DNA from: an uncultured archaeon
GTDB lineage: Archaea > Asgardarchaeota > Heimdallarchaeia > Heimdallarchaeales > Kariarchaeaceae
Reading direction: 5' to 3'
DNA: 28,774 nucleotides
Assembly (NCBI GenBank): GCA_964645535.1
Contig: CAZYCQ010000044.1
Span: 1 to 28,774 of the forward strand
The position numbers and the translations under genes were made by a program. Below the pieces are notes generated by a model, which saw nothing but the letters and a program-made list of their open reading frames with translations, was not told the origin of the DNA and made no database searches. Every line of letters starts with the position of its first letter. The first letter of the stretch is position 1. Below, in pieces: positions 17,196 through 24,558 of this stretch.

Positions 17196-18809
17196 GTGTT
17201 GAACCCCCTACTTGTTATGGATATTGGGGTGCTTGAACACCTTGTTGAAAACTACCCTTGGTATGCTCCTCTTTTCAAATCACGAATCTTAAGACTGCAA
17301 ACCAAATATGTGGAGGCAAAAGAGGTTCTGCAATCAATTGACTCCAATTCTTCCCCTCTTGATTTGTTTATTGAACTTGAAATGTTCTATTTGGAATGGC
17401 GACTTAGTCAAGTCACAGAAGATCTGCTCCAACGGATCAGGAATTTCAGACAGAAGGTCAAACAACAACCCTTGAAAGAAGAGGAAACCCTATTTCTACT
17501 AGGGGTTTCTTACAACATTGAAGCGAATTCACTGTCAGATCTTGGATATCTCTACAAATCAATCAATTCTCATCAAAAGGCATTGGAGATTTTCCTGAAA
17601 CTAAATCATCGTTATTTTATCAATCTTATAATCAATAACCTTAGCTACTCTTTCTATCAAGTCGGGGCTTTCAGCCTTGCAAAGGCAAATATTGAACGAA
17701 TTCTTGCAGAGGAACTGTCCCCCTTGGATATGGCTCGAACCTATTCGAATCTTGCTCTTGTTGAATGTTCACTTGGCAATACGGAAACCGCACTACATCT
17801 TTTCCAGAAAGCAAACTGGATTCAGATGGATTTAAACGCGAAGAGGGAAACAAGTTACACATTTTTTGAACTGTTCTACACGTATTATCAATTGAACAAT
17901 TTGAAAAAAATGGAGGAAATTCTCCACGATTTTATGAATTATGTGGATCTTTCCGACCCGCTCTCAGAATGGCGGCTGAATGTATGCAGGGCACTCATGC
18001 AGTTAAGTTCGAATCCAAATACAAAGACTGTCGGTATTGAACAATTGATCCAAATTTTTTGGAAATCCCCGAATTTTGCCTCTAAATTCCAAGTAATCCT
18101 ATTTATCGTTGGGGCAATAATCTCCGATCCCCTGCATTATGTCCATGAAAAGGAATTGAAGCATGAAATATCAAAAATCATCAACCATCTCTATATCGAT
18201 GGATTGAAAGGCAAGTCTCCCTTGAGGTTCATTTTGCTGAATGTCATTCAGGCAGCACTTAAGTTAATTGAAGGTGATGTCATTTCATCTTCTGCAATCA
18301 TTGATCAATGCCAAAATCTTGTGAAAAAGGAGGGTTTTCCCTTCATTCAACCCCTTCTAGAGAAACTCAAATCAGTCATTGATGAAATGAAGCTAAAGGG
18401 ATTGATCATGCCAAACGATCTTCATGGTTATCTCAGTAATCTAACTGCCAGTCTTCAAGAGCAGAGGCTCGGTTTTACTGAAGAAAAACCTTTGGCTTTG
18501 GCAATCTATAACGAAAATAATGTGGTGGGGGAACTTGTTTTCGATAAGGTCAGTGATTTATATGAAGTTGCGAAAAGAAAATTTCCATTCGAGGGGGACA
18601 TTCAATCTCTTTCTCAAACCGTTCATGCCATTATCCGATGTGTTGGATCATTCCGTTTACTTTATGTTGCAGAGGGAGACCCTTTCATTTCAAAACAGAA
18701 ACTGGAATTCATTTCCTCCCTTATCTTCGAACAGTTGAATCAACAAAGTGAATGGAATGTAGACTCTATCCTCCATTCAAGCAAGGCAATTCTTTTGACA
18801 TCGATTTGA
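17196..18809 (+). CDS. Tetratricopeptide-repeat protein with C-terminal degenerate longin-like alpha/beta domain
   Basis: TPR-like units (GVSYNIEANSLSDLGYLYKSINSHQKALEIF; NNLSYSFYQVGAFSLAK; ARTYSNLALVECSLGNTETALHLFQKA). The C-terminus reads KPLALAIYNENNVVGELVF...IIRCVGSFRLLYVAEG. Confidence 0.75.
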   Translation: MLNPLLVMDIGVLEHLVENYPWYAPLFKSRILRLQTKYVEAKEVLQSIDSNSSPLDLFIELEMFYLEWRLSQVTEDLLQRIRNFRQKVKQQPLKEEETLFLLGVSYNIEANSLSDLGYLYKSINSHQKALEIFLKLNHRYFINLIINNLSYSFYQVGAFSLAKANIERILAEELSPLDMARTYSNLALVECSLGNTETALHLFQKANWIQMDLNAKRETSYTFFELFYTYYQLNNLKKMEEILHDFMNYVDLSDPLSEWRLNVCRALMQLSSNPNTKTVGIEQLIQIFWKSPNFASKFQVILFIVGAIISDPLHYVHEKELKHEISKIINHLYIDGLKGKSPLRFILLNVIQAALKLIEGDVISSSAIIDQCQNLVKKEGFPFIQPLLEKLKSVIDEMKLKGLIMPNDLHGYLSNLTASLQEQRLGFTEEKPLALAIYNENNVVGELVFDKVSDLYEVAKRKFPFEGDIQSLSQTVHAIIRCVGSFRLLYVAEGDPFISKQKLEFISSLIFEQLNQQSEWNVDSILHSSKAILLTSI

Positions 18810-18884
18810 CTCTATTGAAATCAATGGTAAGAAAACCGGAAGAAAGGTGGAATTGTTCATGGGTGAAAATGACTTAGAACACAT

Positions 18885-19379
18885 CTATCTGTCCATAATC
18901 TTTCCTTTCAGAGAAATTTGTTCAATGAACTTTTCCAACTGCCTTCGATGCCTTAGAACATGAAGTACTGCATGTTCCAGTAATTGTTCTGTGTCATATT
19001 CCTGCCCCCAATCTGATTGAAATGGCACCATAAGCCATTCTTCATCAGCAGATCTCAATTCATTGCAGACTTTTTCCGTTTGCGAAAACATTGTCCTTAA
19101 TTCGTCTTTGAGATTTTCCTTTGTTATCGTTACCTTGACCCTGACTGATTTTTTTTCCAGATAATATTTCTCAAGATAATGATTGTACCCATGGCCTGCA
19201 TTCACAACATGTTCACAGATGGATCTGAATGACCTACAATCTGGATCTTCTGTTTCCGGATCGATTACTTCTTCAAATCGGGAGGATTCAATCCGATCCG
19301 ACCAAATGAGGAACTCATTGATGCTTCTTTCATACTCGTCCAATAGGGCACCAATCCAACCTTCTCGATGCATTATCAT
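18885..19379 (-). CDS. DinB/YfiT-superfamily protein
   Basis: RSFRSICEHVV and LLEHAVLHVLRHRRQ supply the His metal triad of the DinB four-helix bundle. Confidence 0.85.
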   Translation of the reverse strand: MIMHREGWIGALLDEYERSINEFLIWSDRIESSRFEEVIDPETEDPDCRSFRSICEHVVNAGHGYNHYLEKYYLEKKSVRVKVTITKENLKDELRTMFSQTEKVCNELRSADEEWLMVPFQSDWGQEYDTEQLLEHAVLHVLRHRRQLEKFIEQISLKGKIMDR

Positions 19380-19489
19380 TTCTTTGAATGGTTACTTTAA
19401 AAACAAGTTGGTGGACTGTTTTTTCCAAATAATCTCCTTGTTCAAATAAATTGGGAACATTTATATCTGATGGTTGGTTTTTCTTTACA

Positions 19490-20365
19490 ATGAACATTGA
19501 TGATACCTCACAAAGCAAGATGAACAAGGCATACAAAATATCCTCCAACTTGGTGCGAAATCGGCTGATTCTCGAAGATGAGATGAATGCCAAGAGGTTG
19601 GAACGCATTTCGGAAAGTGACATCATCGTTGTCAGAGGGACGTATGATCACATTCATCTGGTTCTCAAAAGCCTGAACATCCCTTTTATCGAGATCGATG
19701 AGCAGGAATTGAGACATTTCAAGCTTAATCCCAGACAGACTGTCTTCGTCAATTGTGCAAGCTCCAACGATCCACAAACGGGGAGGATATTGTCCACATT
19801 CGTCAATGAAGGTGGACAGCTGATCACCACTGATTGGGCATTGAAGCATGTCATCGAAGTTGGTTTTCCTGGATACATCAAGTACAATGAAAAACCAACA
19901 GCGGATGAGGTGGTTCGGATTGAAATCGTCGATCGAGATAACCCCATCCTAAAGGGTTTCCTTGATGAGGAGAAGGATACAGAACCTCTTTGGTGGCTTG
20001 AAGGCAGTTCCTATCCAATTGAAATTATCGATACCGAAAGGGTGAACGTTCTTGTGCGATCAAAAGAAATCGGTGAAAAATATGGAGCAGATCCCGTCAT
20101 AATTCACTTTCAATACGGAAAAGGAAATGTCTATCACATGATCAGCCATTTTTACCTCCAACGCACTGAGACAAGGGACAAGAAACAAGCAGCACCCGCT
20201 GCTGAATATGCAAAGGCAAAAAAAGCTCCGAAAGAAGTTGTCGATGTTTTTGAGGAAGCTGAGGGTTTGGACTATGGATCTGTCCAAAGTGCAACTACGT
20301 CTGCCGAATTCATCAATCGTATGATCATTGAACAGCAGAAACGCTACGAAGAAGAAGAGAAATAG
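19490..20365 (+). CDS. Conserved hypothetical soluble protein, class-I glutamine-amidotransferase-like fold suspected
   Basis: IIVVRGTYDHI, VFVNC, FVNEGGQLITTDWAL and YGKGNVYHMISHF. TTTATAT at 19460-19466 fits a start at 19490. Confidence 0.7.
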   Translation: MNIDDTSQSKMNKAYKISSNLVRNRLILEDEMNAKRLERISESDIIVVRGTYDHIHLVLKSLNIPFIEIDEQELRHFKLNPRQTVFVNCASSNDPQTGRILSTFVNEGGQLITTDWALKHVIEVGFPGYIKYNEKPTADEVVRIEIVDRDNPILKGFLDEEKDTEPLWWLEGSSYPIEIIDTERVNVLVRSKEIGEKYGADPVIIHFQYGKGNVYHMISHFYLQRTETRDKKQAAPAAEYAKAKKAPKEVVDVFEEAEGLDYGSVQSATTSAEFINRMIIEQQKRYEEEEK

Positions 20366-21936
20366 ATTTCATCCTTCAAAAACCAGAATGGAACATTTCC
20401 TGCATACAGAATCCGATTATGGAACTCCTTCAGAGGTAGCTCCGTGTCTTTCTTCAATTTCATGATCAGATGTTTCCCCAACATATAGCTCAGGAAATAA
20501 CCCGGTGACTGGCTGTACATTAATATTTCAGAACGAGCGGTTTGTTCATTGTAACCCGTATTCTTGATGAGATAGTCTACAGCATCCTCGAAACTCATCT
20601 TTCCCGTATGCAGGGAGATGTCGATGATGACCCTGGTTGCTCGCCATCTGAGGGCATTGGAAAGTAGGAATTTCTTGCGAAGATCTGGATGATGCAAATC
20701 ATTCTTGAACCCTTGATCGAACATCATCTGTTCACAATAAAGCCCCCAACCTTCAGTTATGTCGGCCAACTTTGAACTGTACCTCAAACCGGAAAATGGC
20801 AGTATATTGGCAAGAATTGAAGATCTTGCAGGCGAGAGTTGGAGATTCTTGCATGCACCATGTATATGGTGTCCTGGATACGATTCATGTGAAATGAGCA
20901 ACGATTGGAATGAATAGTTATGTTCTTCCAGCATTTTTTTGTCTTCGTGTGGCGTGAGATAGAAATATCCTGTCTTATCCCGTTCAAAGAGACCGGGACT
21001 GCCTGCTGCCGCAATCGATAGAAACCTTCGCATCGGTTCAGGGGTAAATATCACCTCTAACCTTTCGTCAGGCATGGTCAATAAATCCTTCTCCAAAAGG
21101 AACTGCTTTGCTTCTGCTGCCAACTTCCTATAATCTTGCAACGCGATCTCATAGGATGGTGGGTGATCTTCCCTGATATTTTGTCTGACTGTTGCAACAT
21201 CCCCACCCAAAGTTCTTGCAATTTGTTCCAATGTCATTTCTGTCTCCTTTAGATATTTGTTTGCAAGCTCAAGGATTTCATCCAGTTCCAAACCCAATTT
21301 CCTCATGGCAATAAGTTCCGCATAAGTTTCCTTATTGACCGGCAATCCCTCTTTTCCATGCACCTTGTCAAGCCAGGCTCGATAGGTTGCTAATTCTTTG
21401 AGTGCCTTTTGAACCGCTTCCTGAAGTCTATCCCTCTCAGAAACGAAATGTTTCGGCAAGGTTTTCAGATAGCTTTCCAGCCCGTTAAGTGAATCCTTTT
21501 CTGCCTCCTGCCAAATCCGGTAGGGCTCCACAACTCTCTGCTTTGTTGCTTCCACAAGTGGTCCTATTGTCTCCAATCGTTTGACCAATGCCTCCAATCG
21601 TCTCTCCTCTTCAGGAGTGGTCTTCACCACTAAATGAAAACACCCGCTCAGAATAATTCCTGCAAGTCCCGGGATCTTCTCCCAAAATCTCAATCCGTCA
21701 AGTTCAAATTTTGCAAATTCAAGGAACCACCTGACCAATTCTGCATCTTTCCCTTCAAATTGACTGCTTCGCTCAATCCATCCAGAAATTCTTTGAGATA
21801 GCCTCTCAATCCCTTGTTTTGAAATATTTGGCCATCTATGGGCAAATGAAAAATCACCTTGGGAACTTGCAAATATGGGATTTTCTTCTAGGATTTCCTT
21901 ATGGAGTTTCAGAACCCATTCAACAAATTCAGCCAT
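20344..21936 (-). CDS. DUF885-family protein (putative metallopeptidase-like)
   Basis: HESYPGHH, EGWGLYCE, WRATRVIIDISLHTG, PGYFLSYMLGK and FHNRIL..G. Confidence 0.9.
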   Translation of the reverse strand: MAEFVEWVLKLHKEILEENPIFASSQGDFSFAHRWPNISKQGIERLSQRISGWIERSSQFEGKDAELVRWFLEFAKFELDGLRFWEKIPGLAGIILSGCFHLVVKTTPEEERRLEALVKRLETIGPLVEATKQRVVEPYRIWQEAEKDSLNGLESYLKTLPKHFVSERDRLQEAVQKALKELATYRAWLDKVHGKEGLPVNKETYAELIAMRKLGLELDEILELANKYLKETEMTLEQIARTLGGDVATVRQNIREDHPPSYEIALQDYRKLAAEAKQFLLEKDLLTMPDERLEVIFTPEPMRRFLSIAAAGSPGLFERDKTGYFYLTPHEDKKMLEEHNYSFQSLLISHESYPGHHIHGACKNLQLSPARSSILANILPFSGLRYSSKLADITEGWGLYCEQMMFDQGFKNDLHHPDLRKKFLLSNALRWRATRVIIDISLHTGKMSFEDAVDYLIKNTGYNEQTARSEILMYSQSPGYFLSYMLGKHLIMKLKKDTELPLKEFHNRILYAGNVPFWFLKDEIYFSSSS

Positions 21937-22115
21937 ACCATTGAATCAATAATGACATTCTAATCTTTGTGATTGGAGAAAACAAGTTTGAATCAGAATC
22001 TTGTCCTCTGAAAATTTATAGATTCATTTCAGTCTTAATGAAGTTTTCAAGAATGAAGCATTCAATTCAATCGATACTAAAGAATTTGATTTGAAATCAA
22101 GACTGGCTCTACTCT

Positions 22116-24212
22116 CTAATCACTTAGTGTCAAGGATTTCGCTCTTCTGTTTCTCAAATAGAGATAGAGATAGATGACTGGACTTTGCAGAATGATTACC
22201 AAAGGAATGGTGGATCTCAAGGTTTCTGGATTCAAGTCAATTCCGAAAATCCTTGCCAAGAATGCAACGGCCACCGCAACAACAGATGCACCTGTAATGA
22301 TCCGTTTCAGGATTTGTATTTGGGTGGGCGTAAGACCCAATGCAAGTTGGGATGCACTTTTGACGGAAACAGTCTCTTGATCAAAGGTTTCCGTTTCCTC
22401 ACCAGGAATAAGCTGACCTTCTGCATCTCTGAATGGAACAATCTCAAAACTGATTTTCCTCACTCCCGCTTCAAGCGGTACATAATCAAACTCAAATGAG
22501 GCTTCGGCATTTGGAGGAATATCGAGCAGGATCATCCTAGGTACCACATGATCCAAGGAATGAATATAGATCCGTATTCCCTGTGTCTCCAAGGGATTGA
22601 TGGCTTTTCCCACCATCTTTGTTTCCTTGTATTTGATCAACGGCCCTGATGCAATCAAGGATTTGATGATCCTTTTTTCCATGGCCATGTGCTCTTCCAT
22701 TTGCATTTTTGCCTTCTCAGCCCTTTCCAGAAAAATTTGGGAAATGACCGAAGTCAAAATGAGTACAAGAATGTTATAGAATATAAGATCTCCAAAATGA
22801 ATGGTTCTATTACGCAAGACATTGGGTCGGGAAAGAATGATTATCCCCCATGCCGATACAAAAAGAACTGAAGAAACCAGAAGAAATATCCTTGATATTT
22901 GTCGATTGCGATTTTCCTCTTCCTTCAATCTTTCCAATAATTCTTCCTCATTGTGCTCAGGTAGCTTCTTCTCCTCTCTTCCAAACATACCCAATGTGGC
23001 TACTCTCACCAGTGTTTTGGTGGTTCTCTTCGAGTAGAGCCAATTCAAAATCAAGATTAACATCACTTCAACAGGAATCGCAAGCAATGAAATCAATATT
23101 GGGGTATCTAGGCGAGCATCATCACTGATCTCATCAATAATCGCGAATAGAGCAACTCCCAGACCCAAAACAAGGAATATCGCGGAGAACCTTTGGATCA
23201 ACATGGAAGATGAAGAATGCACAAAATATTGTATCCTTGCCTCTTCCTCTCTTTCTGTATTTTTTTCTGCAACAATGACTGAAGCTACCTTTTCTCCCGG
23301 GGAAAGACCATATACATTGAAATACATGCCATCCTCCTGTCCTGGTTGCAGAAGAGGTGTGTCATGATTGTCAGGTGAGAAAATGTCATTCGAGGTTACC
23401 CTTACCTCAAATTTTTTTGGATTGGATGATGTGTTGCGAACCGTCAGGTGAATCGCCCCCCATCCATCCTGCCAAATTTTTTCTTCATCAGGGATTTCCA
23501 CCGAAGCCACCTCGAACATCTCCCCTCCTTTCACGACCACCTTGGGATCTGCCAGTTTCTGCATGCTTTCCATGGTCTCTTTTTCATTCAAGAAATCAAG
23601 AAGAGTCGTAAGAAGGTAGATAAGTGGGACAGCTATAATGAGAAAGATACCATTCCCATAGGAGATTTGGATGAATGAAGGATAGGCAACATATCTTAGA
23701 TCGAAAAATCTATTGCCATAAGTAATCCATAGGGAAAATACAAAGGCAAATCCAAGTACCGATGCAATGGTGTTTCTAACCAAATTCCTCAGATATTTTG
23801 CCGAAAAAAGGTCTGTCCAAGATTCCATCCCCATCATATTTTCATTCTCCATTTCTTTTGCCCGGAAGGGAACGGAAAACCCACCTGCAATCATCCCCGC
23901 AATCATTGTTCCAATGACCACAAGCATATCGCCTCTGGGAATAAACGTGTCAAGAATCATAATTCGAAGAATCACCGAATAGCCAAAGGTGCCCAGTCCT
24001 GAAGCCAAAATCCCAACAATGGGGCCATAGAAAATTGCAACCATGACCAAAACCACAATGCCCGGGAAACGGGTGGAAAAGGGATTGCTCGAAAAAATGA
24101 GCCCAAGCTCTGGATCCAGCAAAAGGTTGACTGTGATGAAGAGAATCGCTCCTCCAACAGACACGGCCAAGTCTTTCAAACCAAAATTCCTGATTGAACC
24201 GGAAAATACCAT
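22116..24212 (-). CDS. Multi-domain membrane protein: ECF S-component-like N-terminal TM bundle plus two Ig-like/2-TM modules
   Basis: N-terminal FPGIVVLVMVAIFYGPIVGILASGLGT resembles ECF substrate-binding components, and two related beta-sandwich domains are each followed by a TM hairpin. The ATG at 24212 is preferred (TTTTATC ~25 nt upstream) over the TTG at 24317. Confidence 0.7.
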   Translation of the reverse strand: MVFSGSIRNFGLKDLAVSVGGAILFITVNLLLDPELGLIFSSNPFSTRFPGIVVLVMVAIFYGPIVGILASGLGTFGYSVILRIMILDTFIPRGDMLVVIGTMIAGMIAGGFSVPFRAKEMENENMMGMESWTDLFSAKYLRNLVRNTIASVLGFAFVFSLWITYGNRFFDLRYVAYPSFIQISYGNGIFLIIAVPLIYLLTTLLDFLNEKETMESMQKLADPKVVVKGGEMFEVASVEIPDEEKIWQDGWGAIHLTVRNTSSNPKKFEVRVTSNDIFSPDNHDTPLLQPGQEDGMYFNVYGLSPGEKVASVIVAEKNTEREEEARIQYFVHSSSSMLIQRFSAIFLVLGLGVALFAIIDEISDDARLDTPILISLLAIPVEVMLILILNWLYSKRTTKTLVRVATLGMFGREEKKLPEHNEEELLERLKEEENRNRQISRIFLLVSSVLFVSAWGIIILSRPNVLRNRTIHFGDLIFYNILVLILTSVISQIFLERAEKAKMQMEEHMAMEKRIIKSLIASGPLIKYKETKMVGKAINPLETQGIRIYIHSLDHVVPRMILLDIPPNAEASFEFDYVPLEAGVRKISFEIVPFRDAEGQLIPGEETETFDQETVSVKSASQLALGLTPTQIQILKRIITGASVVAVAVAFLARIFGIDLNPETLRSTIPLVIILQSPVIYLYLYLRNRRAKSLTLSD

Positions 24213-24428
24213 CAATTGGCTTTCCCACAGTTCGATAAAAGGGTATCCCCGACGAATTAAATCATTGCAATCCCGAATCATTTCGGAAACATCGAATTGA
24301 AAGGAAAAACCTTCCAATTATAATGGATTTTTTTCTGTTTTGCAGGGATCTGTATGATTGTGCCATCAAGCTTATGTGGGGATCCCTTGCATCCACTCCC
24401 TATCCCCACCTCCCTCAATTCCGAACTC

Positions 24429-24558
24429 TTTTTATAGTTCCGTATGTAAAAAGAAAATGAGCATGAGGGATCGTCAAATTCGTTCCTAAACACACTTTTC
24501 GGACATCCTTCAGCTCAAGCAAGGAGGTAATATTTTGAGGGATCGTGAAATTCACTGA
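24429..24558 (+). promoter_or_regulatory. ileS promoter and structured leader with duplicated 18-bp element and two mini-ORFs
   Basis: TTTTTATA at 24429-24436; TGAGGGATCGT(C/G)AAATTC at 24464-24481 and 24536-24553; AAGGAGGT at 24521-24528. Confidence 0.55.

Noticed and set aside
22086-22100. FNR box
   Set aside because: The spacing is TTGAT-N5-ATCAA rather than N4, and the host appears archaeal.
24320-24545. T-box riboswitch or tRNA gene upstream of ileS
   Set aside because: No T-box consensus (UGGNACC bulge), no U-tailed terminator and no cloverleaf.
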